Sequence record: OR896825.1
DNA length: 64,000 bases
Direction: 5' to 3' (one strand)
From: Escherichia phage Delraymugoa
Positions within the stretch are counted from its first letter, which is position 1. Every line of letters starts with the position of its first letter. Made by a program: the position numbers and the translations under genes. Of the stretch, positions 8,952 through 18,005 are shown piece after piece. The notes below the pieces were generated by a model, which saw nothing but the letters and a program-made list of their open reading frames with translations, was not told the DNA's origin and did no database searches.

Positions 8952-9710
8952 TTACTTGCAAACGTATTGATCTACATCAATTGCGCCACCGAATGTAGGA
9001 TGACGTTTTTCAAATCTAATAGTTCCGTCGTTTGGTTCGAAAACGGAGTATTCATATAGATCTTTCTTGCCAACATTCTTATAAAACCCGCCTTTAGTCA
9101 TAACGGTTTCTTGTACGTTTGCTTTGTGTACGTTGTATTCGTCAATGTATACAAAATCAACCATCTTCCCATTTTTAATGGTTACTTTAAGATCTCCTGG
9201 TTGATTTCCATATTTGGCATACAGTGGCGCTTCTTTAATTTTTGTGGAAATTCCATCTTTCATACTCCACTCATAACGAACGGTGCATTGATAGGTAAAA
9301 GTTTCGACCTTCGGTTCTTCGACCACTTTTGCTTCCTGTTTCGGTTGTTCTTCTTCAACCTTCGCAGAAGTCTCTGAATCGCTTTCTGACGCGGTTTCTT
9401 CTTTAGGTAATACATTCATCAAGTTTTGGATTTGAGCGTTATATACAGCCTCCAGTGGCTGAATCTGCCCGATATTGATCATTGTATCACGAACAGTTTT
9501 ATTCCAGTTTCGTTGCTCTTGTTTCAGAGACGGATCAATCTTAACAGCCTTAACATACACCTCATGAAGTTTAGAGTCCAGTGCGGAGATAGACTCATTA
9601 GCACAAATAAACTTCTCTGATTTGGTAGTAGCTTTAGCGCAATCAAAGGACGCAGCGTTAGCACCGAAAGCAGTAGCAGAAAGAACGATAGCAGCGATAA
9701 TGTTTTTCAT
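8952..9710 (-). CDS. secreted protein with DUF1311/LprI-like (lysozyme-inhibitor-type) N-terminal domain (252 aa)
   Basis: Signal peptide MKNIIAAIVLSATAFGANA; then FDCAKA..E.FIC....L..LD..L..VY....QRNWNK..RD pattern; GAGGAA Shine-Dalgarno; own early promoter. Confidence 0.6.
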   Translation of the reverse strand: MKNIIAAIVLSATAFGANAASFDCAKATTKSEKFICANESISALDSKLHEVYVKAVKIDPSLKQEQRNWNKTVRDTMINIGQIQPLEAVYNAQIQNLMNVLPKEETASESDSETSAKVEEEQPKQEAKVVEEPKVETFTYQCTVRYEWSMKDGISTKIKEAPLYAKYGNQPGDLKVTIKNGKMVDFVYIDEYNVHKANVQETVMTKGGFYKNVGKKDLYEYSVFEPNDGTIRFEKRHPTFGGAIDVDQYVCK

Positions 9711-9744
9711 AATATATTCCTCACTGTTTTGTCTTGATGGGAGT

Positions 9745-9773
9745 ATCTTACTACTCCCTTAATCCGGTGTCAA
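9745..9773 (-). promoter_or_regulatory. sigma70-type early promoter with stem-loop (PeSL-like)
   Basis: Minus strand TTGACA-N17-TAAGAT; -10 lies in GGGAGTA..TACTCCC hairpin (9738-9757). Confidence 0.6.
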
Positions 9774-9784
9774 CTACTTTTAAA

Positions 9785-10084
9785 TTATTTTCGCCATTCA
9801 CCGGAAACAATAAAGTTTGTAAAGTGATCGTGGTCCATGATAACGTCATTAAGTACCATATGTGGATACACTTTAGTGATAATTTTACTAAGTACCATAT
9901 GCGGATATGCTTTAGTGTAATCACGTTTACGATCAGTCATCCAGCCAACGAAAGTTGGTGCAAAGTACGGTACACCGTCAGACGATGCCATATTAAACCC
10001 TTTATCAACCATAAATGCAGCCGCCCTAAGATTTTTAATTGAAGTAGTGCGACTAATTTCAAAAACTTTATCGGTAAAATTCAT
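9785..10084 (-). CDS. hypothetical protein (99 aa)
   Basis: Start moved to internal ATG (MNFTDKV) with GGGGG Shine-Dalgarno, which removes overlap with upstream gene. Confidence 0.45.
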   Translation of the reverse strand: MNFTDKVFEISRTTSIKNLRAAAFMVDKGFNMASSDGVPYFAPTFVGWMTDRKRDYTKAYPHMVLSKIITKVYPHMVLNDVIMDHDHFTNFIVSGEWRK

Positions 10085-10085
10085 T

Positions 10086-10295
10086 TTAAGCCCCCGCTCG
10101 TGCATTAATACGCATTTTCTGTATAGCCATGATCTGGTTTACTGCTTCTTCTTTACGTTCTTGCGTGATAATGTGACCAGATTCCGCAAACTCTCCAGCA
10201 ACTTCTTCTACGATCTCGCGAACTTGAGAACGTCCAAAGATGCGGTTTCCTTCGTAGCTCATAAACTCTGTTACTACTTGCTCGATAGATTTCAT
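10086..10295 (-). CDS. hypothetical protein (69 aa)
   Basis: ATG with GGAGAATCA leader directly downstream of promoter. Confidence 0.45.
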   Translation of the reverse strand: MKSIEQVVTEFMSYEGNRIFGRSQVREIVEEVAGEFAESGHIITQERKEEAVNQIMAIQKMRINARAGA

Positions 10296-10324
10296 GTGAT
10301 TCTCCTTTCGTTTGGTATGGGAGT

Positions 10325-10353
10325 ATGTTACTACTCCCTTATCTTTACGTCAA
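10325..10353 (-). promoter_or_regulatory. sigma70-type early promoter with stem-loop (PeSL-like)
   Basis: TTGACG-N17-TAACAT; GGGAGTA-GTAACA-TACTCCC hairpin over the -10. Confidence 0.6.
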
Positions 10354-10360
10354 CTAGTTT

Positions 10361-10603
10361 TTAGAAATTTTTCGCTTCTTCTTCGGTCATCATCACCGCG
10401 CATTCGTGCATAACTTTGAAAACCGGGTCAATCATATCGAATGCTTCGCTGGACAGTTTACGAGAAGCGATTTTGATTGCTTCAACGTCTTCTACTACAG
10501 GAACAAAAACAGTTTTCAGTTCGTCGAGCACGGCAGCTTCTTTTTCATTCAGGAAGATCCCAGCGTCGTACAGTGCAACTTCGATAACATTAACTTTAAC
10601 CAT
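10361..10603 (-). CDS. hypothetical protein (80 aa)
   Basis: Start set at internal ATG (MVKVNVIEV) with GGAGG Shine-Dalgarno downstream of promoter; track ORF began inside the upstream gene. Confidence 0.45.
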   Translation of the reverse strand: MVKVNVIEVALYDAGIFLNEKEAAVLDELKTVFVPVVEDVEAIKIASRKLSSEAFDMIDPVFKVMHECAVMMTEEEAKNF

Positions 10604-10637
10604 TTTTATTTCCTCCAGTTCGTTTCGGTATGGGAGT

Positions 10638-10666
10638 ATAATACTACCGATGACCTTTGGCGTCAA
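10638..10666 (-). promoter_or_regulatory. sigma70-type early promoter
   Basis: TTGACG-N17-TATTAT with A-rich upstream region. Confidence 0.55.
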
Positions 10667-10868
10667 CTGCTTTTTTATTATTTTCGTGAAAATTTTTCGT
10701 CGCCTCATGTGCTTTTCGCTGGGCTTCTTGTTGTGCTTGCTGGCGTGCTGCCTCTTGTGAAGCCATAACGGAAGCATTTGCAGCAGTTACAGCCGCTACC
10801 ATCGCTGCGGTATTAGCATTTACAGTACATGCACTAGCCAGCAAAGCAATTGCAATCATTTTCTTCAT
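10644..10868 (-). CDS. small secreted or lipoprotein-like protein (74 aa)
   Basis: Signal peptide MKKMIAIALLASAC; Ala/Gln-rich mature part; GGGGA Shine-Dalgarno; ATGA overlap with upstream gene. Confidence 0.5.
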   Translation of the reverse strand: MKKMIAIALLASACTVNANTAAMVAAVTAANASVMASQEAARQQAQQEAQRKAHEATKNFHENNKKAVDAKGHR

Positions 10869-11035
10869 AGTTTCCCCTTTAGGTTATCTTCGACCTTCAC
10901 CCATTCCGCGTATTCTTGCGCGGCTACTTTCGGATTTAGTCCGTCTTCGTACATTGCTTCAAGTAATTCTTCGTCGGTGGGCTTATACCCTAGATAAGCC
11001 TCCACCTGATTTTTCCAAATTTTATACCAGTTCAT
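10865..11035 (-). CDS. hypothetical protein (56 aa)
   Basis: Start moved to internal ATG (MNWYKIW) with GGTGA Shine-Dalgarno. Confidence 0.4.
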   Translation of the reverse strand: MNWYKIWKNQVEAYLGYKPTDEELLEAMYEDGLNPKVAAQEYAEWVKVEDNLKGKL

Positions 11036-11039
11036 ATTA

Positions 11040-11312
11040 TCACCAGTCAAGAGCGCGTGTCTCTGCGTCTTCCCATGCTTGATCCATAACAGCCTTGAAA
11101 ACATATTCTAAAGTATCATCTTTAGAGAATCCGAAGACCTTAGACGGAATATCTTCAATTGCTACTCCCGCGACTTCTGCATTACGCGCTTGGCAATAAT
11201 GCAACTCTAAGTTATCGAGATAGCGACCGCCTAATTTCTCCATATCATCCCAGCATTTCCAGTAACCTACTTTATTTGCAATCGCTAACACCTTGCTGTT
11301 TTCGTTGTTCAT
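11040..11312 (-). CDS. hypothetical protein (90 aa)
   Basis: Start at ATG (MNNENSK) with GGAGAATCAAAG leader downstream of promoter. Confidence 0.45.
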   Translation of the reverse strand: MNNENSKVLAIANKVGYWKCWDDMEKLGGRYLDNLELHYCQARNAEVAGVAIEDIPSKVFGFSKDDTLEYVFKAVMDQAWEDAETRALDW

Positions 11313-11343
11313 CTTTGATTCTCCTTTTGTTTGGTATGTGTGT

Positions 11344-11372
11344 ATTATGCAATGATGGATTTGTGAAGTCAA
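11344..11372 (-). promoter_or_regulatory. sigma70-type early promoter
   Basis: TTGACT-N17-CATAAT followed by conserved leader ACACACATACCAAACAAAAGGAGAATCAAAG-ATG. Confidence 0.55.
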
Positions 11373-11380
11373 CAACTTTT

Positions 11381-11412
11381 TAAAATAAAAAAGCCGACCA
11401 CACGGATCGGCT
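11381..11412 (-). terminator. rho-independent terminator
   Basis: AGCCGA-TCCGTGTGG-TCGGCT then TTTTTTATTTT on minus strand; inverted copy of the 1026-1056 element. Confidence 0.65.
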
Positions 11413-11422
11413 TAATAATCAG

Positions 11423-11818
11423 TTACTTACTAAATTTCTTTTTGGCTTCGTCTACCGCATGAGATGCCAGTACCGCAGCCGCATGTGCACTTTTATCTGT
11501 GTTGCAGAGAACGCCCAGATAAACATCACGCCAAAGTTTAATCATCTCGTAGATCATATCAATATCATTTTCTTGTTTGTTGGCGATGCTATTCGTCGTT
11601 ATCTGGTAAGGTAACGGCTTGATCTGTACTGGTTCCGCCATCGGGCTAATCGGTTTCGGATCAGTCATAATAGGTGCTGTTGTGGGTGGTGTTTTCCATA
11701 CGTCATTATTCCACGGTTTAATCGTTGTATCGTAAAGTTTATAAGGATTTTTGTCTGGATTAACCATCCAGGCATGATGAGTACCCAAACCATTTGAAGT
11801 GATGCGTCGTTCAGTCAT
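11423..11818 (-). CDS. hypothetical protein (131 aa)
   Basis: ORF downstream of gp52. Confidence 0.45.
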   Translation of the reverse strand: MTERRITSNGLGTHHAWMVNPDKNPYKLYDTTIKPWNNDVWKTPPTTAPIMTDPKPISPMAEPVQIKPLPYQITTNSIANKQENDIDMIYEMIKLWRDVYLGVLCNTDKSAHAAAVLASHAVDEAKKKFSK

Positions 11819-12020
11819 ACTTTCCCTCCAAAAATTCTTTCATCAAATAGTCTATCGTTGCTCTGTGTTCTGGTGTGTTTGTTATCTCTGCTAACTTAGT
11901 CAGAGATTCAATAGTGATCCGGTTGGCTTCTTCCATAGTCTCAACGACCATTGGCACAATCTTTTTATTGTTGTACACAAATGCAATATAACCGCCTTCT
12001 GGATATTCTTTCATAATCAA
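11811..12020 (-). CDS. hypothetical protein (69 aa)
   Basis: ORF with 4-nt overlap with gp52 stop. Confidence 0.4.
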   Translation of the reverse strand: MIMKEYPEGGYIAFVYNNKKIVPMVVETMEEANRITIESLTKLAEITNTPEHRATIDYLMKEFLEGKYD

Positions 12021-13363
12021 CCCTTCTTAAGTTCTTTAAGATCTTTCTTATATTCCTTCATTGCGGTCGTCTTTGTCCAATACTCATATTCACTATGATG
12101 TTTATCGGCATCTTTGACCAGTCGATCATACTCTTCTTGAGTAACGCTATACAATGGCATAGAAACTAGCTTATCGGCGTATGGACGCAGTTTTTCATGT
12201 CCATTGATGGATTGCATTACCTCGGCCTTTTTCTTGCCCTGTAGCTCGATTTCGCCCTTAATTACGCGGTCGATAAATTCAGCTTTAGCCATTGCATAAT
12301 TGTATGCTTCCAGTGTTTCCGCTTGCATCAATTCAATGCGTTTATCGACATACCCTAATCGGATTTCGACGAATCGACGGATCAGATCGCTCGCTTTCTC
12401 GAATACTTCAACTAAACCACGTTCATTAACCACTACGATATTCTGGGCTACTAACTGCGTTAGTTTAAAATCCTTCATGATTTGCTCATGTCGAGCGGAT
12501 TCATCTTCGCTTTTGAAATAATCGCGTTTCAGTGTTACTTCAAATCTGAATCCGTCCTTAGAGCAACGGTCATTATACGATACAATCAGATCTTTTTCTT
12601 CCAGTGCATCAAGTACCGCTACATATTCTTCACGGTCGAACTTATAAGGAACTTCTGATATTGTCAGCTTAGTCTTGCCGTTTAGTTCATATGTACCCTC
12701 AAGAATCACACCATCGCGATCATCTCGCGGGATAACTTTACCCGTGAATTTCGGGAATTGAACACTAGGTTCTTTATCCAGTTTTCCGGCAAGTGCTAGC
12801 TCTGTGCATTCAATGAGGCTTTCCAGTGAATGCGGTAAAATGTCAGTTTTATACCCTGTAGCAATACCACTAATACCATTAGCCAATACCATTGGCACAA
12901 CTGGCAAGTAGAACGCTGGCGGGATGTGTTCCAGATCTTCGTGCTTGGGTGCGCAATTCATATCTTTATAGATTTTAAAGAAGTTTTCATGCACGCGAGC
13001 AAAGATATAACGTGCCGCACCTGCTTTCTGGACTAAACGCGATCCGAAGTTACCTTGACCGTCAAGCAGTGGAGTATTATTGCTCCATGTATTCGCCATA
13101 AGTGATCCGGCTTCTACGGCATTAGTTTCCCCGTGGTGATAACCCAACTCGGCAACACCAGATCCAATATCTGCCATCTTACGGAATTTCTTACGGTCGC
13201 CTTTACTCTTTTGCAAAGCACATTCCATAACAAAGCGTTGCACTGGTTTAAGCCCATCTACTAATTGAGGAATCCCGCGTTCCTCGGCAGAATAGATCGC
13301 ATATTCCTTAGCTTCATTATGTACAATGCTTTCAAGGCTGCGGTAAGTAACTGATTTATTCAT
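12017..13363 (-). CDS. 52: DNA topoisomerase II medium subunit gp52 (GyrA-like)
   Basis: DGLKPVQR motif, GVAELGYHHGE, QGNFGSR; start moved to ATG (MNKSV) overlapping GAGGTGA Shine-Dalgarno; T4 synteny. Confidence 0.9.
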   Translation of the reverse strand: MNKSVTYRSLESIVHNEAKEYAIYSAEERGIPQLVDGLKPVQRFVMECALQKSKGDRKKFRKMADIGSGVAELGYHHGETNAVEAGSLMANTWSNNTPLLDGQGNFGSRLVQKAGAARYIFARVHENFFKIYKDMNCAPKHEDLEHIPPAFYLPVVPMVLANGISGIATGYKTDILPHSLESLIECTELALAGKLDKEPSVQFPKFTGKVIPRDDRDGVILEGTYELNGKTKLTISEVPYKFDREEYVAVLDALEEKDLIVSYNDRCSKDGFRFEVTLKRDYFKSEDESARHEQIMKDFKLTQLVAQNIVVVNERGLVEVFEKASDLIRRFVEIRLGYVDKRIELMQAETLEAYNYAMAKAEFIDRVIKGEIELQGKKKAEVMQSINGHEKLRPYADKLVSMPLYSVTQEEYDRLVKDADKHHSEYEYWTKTTAMKEYKKDLKELKKG

Positions 13364-13370
13364 CTTCACC

Positions 13371-13733
13371 TCATACACGCTTACAAATCACATTCTTTAC
13401 TTTATCAGATTTATCAGCCCAATCCAATAGCCATTTTAACGGAAGGATTGACACAATAAACGGGGCAGCAATCAAAGCAAACATGATACACCTGATAATC
13501 AGGAAAACGCAAGTGACAAAACTAGCGATAGTGATCCCGACAAAACAAAATACCATAGAAAACAGAGTAATGATATAGAAAGGCCAGAATACCCACTCCC
13601 GCATCTTAACGCCTTTGTATTCTCTGAATTGCTTAAAATCTACAAACAACTCTCGGATAGACGCGTACAGGACAGAAAAATCATCTTTCATTGCTCTGAA
13701 TGAGCAATCTTCTATTTTAGAATGACCTAGCAT
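13371..13733 (-). CDS. membrane protein (120 aa)
   Basis: Two to three hydrophobic helices (FYIITLFSMVFCFVGITIASFV, IMFALIAAPFIVSIL). Confidence 0.45.
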   Translation of the reverse strand: MLGHSKIEDCSFRAMKDDFSVLYASIRELFVDFKQFREYKGVKMREWVFWPFYIITLFSMVFCFVGITIASFVTCVFLIIRCIMFALIAAPFIVSILPLKWLLDWADKSDKVKNVICKRV

Positions 13734-13735
13734 TA

Positions 13736-14029
13736 TTAACCGCCTTTAACCATTGATACAGGAATTGTTTTCTGATTTGTGTATAAGTGGCCTACTTCAA
13801 TTTTTTCTTGAATCACCACGACGTTACAATATCCACTGTCTTTAAGTTTTCTGATAATGACTCGCTTTTGTTCGTCGGTGATAGGATTGACTGTTCTCAC
13901 CAATTCACCGCAAATAATAGCACCATCTTTACAATTACCAGTAACTTTCATGCTACGACCGTGAACAACAACCACGTCACCGTAAATCACATTTTCGTCG
14001 TCGTATTTGGTAATAACCGTGACCGTCAT
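13736..14029 (-). CDS. hypothetical protein (97 aa)
   Basis: ATG preceded by GAGGGAA Shine-Dalgarno. Confidence 0.45.
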   Translation of the reverse strand: MTVTVITKYDDENVIYGDVVVVHGRSMKVTGNCKDGAIICGELVRTVNPITDEQKRVIIRKLKDSGYCNVVVIQEKIEVGHLYTNQKTIPVSMVKGG

Positions 14030-14043
14030 AATGTATTCCCTCT

Positions 14044-14066
14044 AAGAAAGGCCGCGCAAAGCGGCC
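14044..14066 (-). promoter_or_regulatory. intergenic RNA hairpin (possible weak terminator or processing signal)
   Basis: GGCCGC-GCAAA-GCGGCC perfect stem between two minus-strand genes, followed by TTTCTT. Confidence 0.4.
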
Positions 14067-14074
14067 TATGTTGA

Positions 14075-14407
14075 TTATTGTTCTACAGTATAACCGTTGT
14101 TTTCAAGCCATGCAATAACAATCTTTTCGCCAATTTCATCGAGCATTTCATCAGCGCCATATTCTTTAATGAAAGTCGATGGATCATTATTGCTTACTAC
14201 GTGCTGGATCACAACATGTTCAGGAATTGCGTCTAGTAGTTCGCTATGATCATACTCATTAACGATATCTTCAACACTAACATTATTAACCAAATCAACA
14301 TCATCCATAGTCACAGTAACGCGACCGGACGGACGCAATGAATATTGGCTACTTTCAACTTCAACATGTGCACTTTCGCAAGTAACTTTCATATCAACCA
14401 TAATCAA
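14075..14407 (-). CDS. hypothetical acidic protein (110 aa)
   Basis: ORF downstream of rIIB. Confidence 0.45.
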   Translation of the reverse strand: MIMVDMKVTCESAHVEVESSQYSLRPSGRVTVTMDDVDLVNNVSVEDIVNEYDHSELLDAIPEHVVIQHVVSNNDPSTFIKEYGADEMLDEIGEKIVIAWLENNGYTVEQ

Positions 14408-14415
14408 TTCCTCTG

Positions 14416-15417
14416 TTAGTAATGGCTAAAACCTTCGGTCACATCTTCAACCACATAGTAACGATGACAGCGCATTTTGGCATTTGCATAATCTTTCGGG
14501 ATACTTACAACGTGACGCGGATCAACTTTGCATTTAATGATTCGGCCTCGTCCACCGCCATAGTGCGGAATATAGTGTTTCGCTGCAACGTGGAGGCCAT
14601 TAGAGCAAGTGCGATCATCATCTGGGTCCACGTCTTTACGCTTCATTTTAACCGTGCGACCTGGGCTATTATCAAACGTATGCGTAAAGAAATCTTTATA
14701 ATCAACATCAACACGTTTCCATGCATAGAAACAACCATCTTCCACGATCTCAATGTCGTTGTGCTCTAAGAAGTCAAATAGACGATCTACGGCCTTACGG
14801 CTAGGGTTTTTCTTGCACTTCTCAAAGAAGTTCAGATAGTGCGTATATGGCTTATTCTCTTTAATCGACTCCACAACTCGACGAGTCAGATTATTATCAA
14901 GAACAATATTATGATAATACACAATACCATTTTCGATACGGAAAGCACCGTGATAATATACTTCAACCGCTTTCTTAATGTCAATCAGCGTAATAGCTTT
15001 GATGAAATCATTATGTTTAATCGCTTCCAGTGCTTCATTAAAGTTAACATGTGATGGATCAGCAGTATAAACAATGTCACCACATGTAATAGTAATAAAC
15101 TTAGTTGAGGCTATGGCTACGATTTTTGAGGAAGTAGTCACGGGCTTTTTTGCGCGTTCACCGCCTTTTCCTTTACTGGTTTTACGGCGTGCTTTACGTT
15201 TTTCTAGTGCCTTACGACCTTCCGCTACTGCGTCTTTCTGAATCAGTAATACGCGGGAAGCAGTACGACGAGATACACCAAATGCTGCCGCAAGTGCTTC
15301 GCGGGTAGTAAACTTACCTTCACCCCACTGTTTAGCCAGTTTGATTTGTTTCGCAGAATCCAGGCATTGAACGTTACGGTCAGAGACGGTGATTTTTGCT
15401 TTAGTCATAGTATTCAT
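14416..15417 (-). CDS. rIIB: rIIB-like protein (333 aa)
   Basis: Directly downstream of rIIA; size close to T4 rIIB; N-terminal HTH-like segment; conserved SRLFDFL..NDIEI.EDG.FYAWK block recalled from rIIB. Confidence 0.7.
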   Translation of the reverse strand: MNTMTKAKITVSDRNVQCLDSAKQIKLAKQWGEGKFTTREALAAAFGVSRRTASRVLLIQKDAVAEGRKALEKRKARRKTSKGKGGERAKKPVTTSSKIVAIASTKFITITCGDIVYTADPSHVNFNEALEAIKHNDFIKAITLIDIKKAVEVYYHGAFRIENGIVYYHNIVLDNNLTRRVVESIKENKPYTHYLNFFEKCKKNPSRKAVDRLFDFLEHNDIEIVEDGCFYAWKRVDVDYKDFFTHTFDNSPGRTVKMKRKDVDPDDDRTCSNGLHVAAKHYIPHYGGGRGRIIKCKVDPRHVVSIPKDYANAKMRCHRYYVVEDVTEGFSHY

Positions 15418-15470
15418 TCCTCTATTAGTTGGGCGACTATCGCCGCCCGATTCACATCATTATACCAGAA

Positions 15471-15602
15471 TTACTTTGCTTCGACAACCTTGCGGATTGT
15501 GCGGTCTGATACATTATAGATTCGTGCCAGTTCGCCTTTAGTCAAGCCGCGAGCGTATTGTTTACGGATGGTTTCTTTCTGGATAGCGGTCAGTTTAGTC
15601 AT
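15471..15602 (-). CDS. small HTH protein (43 aa) between rIIA and rIIB
   Basis: ATG with GAGGTGA Shine-Dalgarno 11 nt after rIIA stop; product MTKLTAIQKETIRKQYARGLTKGELARIYNVSDRTIRKVVEAK has a helix-turn-helix signature. Confidence 0.45.
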   Translation of the reverse strand: MTKLTAIQKETIRKQYARGLTKGELARIYNVSDRTIRKVVEAK

Positions 15603-15613
15603 AATATCACCTC

Positions 15614-17722
15614 TTAAAATTTAACATTCTTAACCAGTTTCATAAAGTCTTGTGCGCGTTTGTCGTTATGCAGAATACGATACCAGTTATCTACAATATC
15701 ATACAGTAACGGGCTATTCTCTTTAAACTTCTCACAAACTGCTTTAATTCGTTCGTTTGCTGCCGTGAATTTTTCATCACAGATCTTTTTAGTTTCTTCG
15801 TCCATAATCCAACGAGTATGAAGGAGTAACTTGGAAACCTCTTTATTATAATGACGACCGTACAGTCTGTCAATAAATTCTGGAATACAGCGTTCTAGTT
15901 CATCGTCATGAAACAACATAGTGATCACACCCAGATATTCGCCATACCCCAGATGATTGGTCTTAACCTTCTTAGCCAGACCAGCCAGCTTACCGCGAAC
16001 AAATTCTAGCGCACATTCCAATTGTTCGTCAACGAGATATTTTTGTGTCTCGTTTCGAGTAATAATATACTTTGTTACCCCGAAGTAGTCAAGCGCCGTG
16101 TGTAATGTATTTTCACTATGGATCGATTTACGACTACGGCTTTCGAATGCATCACCTACGCGGAACATGTGCAAGCCTGATAACTCGCGAATCTCTGCCG
16201 CTTTCATGTGATGGCTGGTTTTATGCCAACTGTCACCAATCTTTTCCATGATATACACGTTAGGCAGCTTAGGAGTCGCTTCACGTTGTGTACGCTCGGT
16301 CTTTTCCGGCTTAACTGCTTTAGCACGCAGATCATCGGCCTCGGACACTTTAATCACGGTCATTTCAGAATCATCATAATACTGTTTGATGTACTCGAAA
16401 GTCTCCATATGTTTTTCGTTGCGCTGACGGAACACAAGTACCTTTTTATTGATGCCGTATTCCTGGACCATACCGTTAAGAGTCAGTGCACGCAGTTTCG
16501 GTTTATCGGTATCATCAATAAGACACGTAATATCTTCTTTATGCATCCATACAAAATGCGTAATGTTGTATTGACTGCTAACGAAAGCAGGGCGCAATTT
16601 ACTGATTGTGTGACGAGTACGATACAGAGTATACACCTGACCTTCTACGTCATTAGGCGAATCTTTACCCGCATTCACAAACTTATTATAGATTGCTACC
16701 GGATCATCCCACTGCCCGATCTTACCCATCTTGCTAATAATATTGCGTTGAGTCGATGAATACTCGCTCATAAATTGCGCAAGTTTACGCTCTGTTTTAA
16801 TGTTGGCGATCTTCTCTTTAACCTTTTCCAACATCATTTCATTGATTTCTGCAATGCGTTTTTCGATGTTCGCTTTAGTCTCAATTGACAAGTGAACTTC
16901 TTCACGCGATGGCATCAGGTCCAGATCACCCAACTCAAAATTAATGTAAATGGTCTGGTGCTGGCGGTTTACAGCTTCTAACCATGTTCCGCGAACATAT
17001 TCATACGGGATCGGGTACTGGATCTTACCCATGATTGCATATACCACATAGGAATCGTTATCACGCCCATTACAAACATAATAATTATCAAAGCTAGGGA
17101 AATAATTAATTTCGATTGCATTGATATTAGGTTTGTGTTCCCCAAAATGACGCAGTACAAACTGTGCTTCTCGATGCCATGTCTGAATATCTTTCTCTTT
17201 CACCGGAATAGTGATTTTCAGACCATTGTCTTCATATGTCGGTTCGTCGAAAATCTGCACCATTTTCGGCATCGAGTTTTGCACAAATGCCGTAAAGCCA
17301 TAAGCGCGACCATTGTAATAGTTTACGATTGTAAAGGTGTCGGTATAGCTATAAGCAGACTTCGCACCCAAACCAAAAGACCCGATATAGTCATTAGTCT
17401 GGTCTTTTGTTGATTCAAAGTAAACCGTAAACAGTTGTTCTAATTCTTTCTTAGACGGAATACCAGTACCATAATCACGCACAGAAAAATACGGTTCGAT
17501 TGCAGTCGGTAAATGAATATCAAACGGACGATCTAAGGTTCCGGCTTCTTTGTGAGTGTCGGTAGCATTGCACGAATACTCACGGACGCAAGCACGCTCA
17601 CAATATTGATAAGTGTTCTTAGAAAGCACCATAAAAGCCTTGCTACTTGCTTTCAGTGAAAAATCAACCGCACCGCTCAAGTCACTGCCAAATACTTCTT
17701 CATTATCAATATGCATTTTCAT
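15614..17722 (-). CDS. rIIA: rIIA protein (702 aa) with GHKL-type ATPase-like N-terminal region
   Basis: GSFGLGAKSAYSYTDTFTI motif as in T4 rIIA; length and position upstream of rIIB. Confidence 0.85.
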   Translation of the reverse strand: MKMHIDNEEVFGSDLSGAVDFSLKASSKAFMVLSKNTYQYCERACVREYSCNATDTHKEAGTLDRPFDIHLPTAIEPYFSVRDYGTGIPSKKELEQLFTVYFESTKDQTNDYIGSFGLGAKSAYSYTDTFTIVNYYNGRAYGFTAFVQNSMPKMVQIFDEPTYEDNGLKITIPVKEKDIQTWHREAQFVLRHFGEHKPNINAIEINYFPSFDNYYVCNGRDNDSYVVYAIMGKIQYPIPYEYVRGTWLEAVNRQHQTIYINFELGDLDLMPSREEVHLSIETKANIEKRIAEINEMMLEKVKEKIANIKTERKLAQFMSEYSSTQRNIISKMGKIGQWDDPVAIYNKFVNAGKDSPNDVEGQVYTLYRTRHTISKLRPAFVSSQYNITHFVWMHKEDITCLIDDTDKPKLRALTLNGMVQEYGINKKVLVFRQRNEKHMETFEYIKQYYDDSEMTVIKVSEADDLRAKAVKPEKTERTQREATPKLPNVYIMEKIGDSWHKTSHHMKAAEIRELSGLHMFRVGDAFESRSRKSIHSENTLHTALDYFGVTKYIITRNETQKYLVDEQLECALEFVRGKLAGLAKKVKTNHLGYGEYLGVITMLFHDDELERCIPEFIDRLYGRHYNKEVSKLLLHTRWIMDEETKKICDEKFTAANERIKAVCEKFKENSPLLYDIVDNWYRILHNDKRAQDFMKLVKNVKF

Positions 17723-17736
17723 AATATAATCCTCAC

Positions 17737-17994
17737 TTAATTAAAATCTTCTTTGTCCATCTCTGCGTAGATTACATCCCACGCCCATAAATCAATAAAC
17801 GCATTATATGTCACGGTGCAATCGTTGTCAATCACTTCTTTCGCATATTTCTTGATGTTTTCGTAGGAAACTTGCGGGTCAATTTTGTGTTTACGAAGGT
17901 GCGCATATTCATATCTCAGACATTTCATAAACAGGTCCATCGATTTCTTTTCTCGATGACACTTGGCGATCATAAAATCAAAACTTCGACTCAT
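17737..17994 (-). CDS. hypothetical protein (85 aa)
   Basis: ORF immediately upstream of rIIA. Confidence 0.45.
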   Translation of the reverse strand: MSRSFDFMIAKCHREKKSMDLFMKCLRYEYAHLRKHKIDPQVSYENIKKYAKEVIDNDCTVTYNAFIDLWAWDVIYAEMDKEDFN

Positions 17995-18005
17995 TTTTCT
18001 ACTCC

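Noticed and set aside
16208-16759. 183-aa plus-strand ORF
   Set aside because: Lies entirely antisense within rIIA, which has strong homology support; no ribosome-binding site; typical shadow ORF
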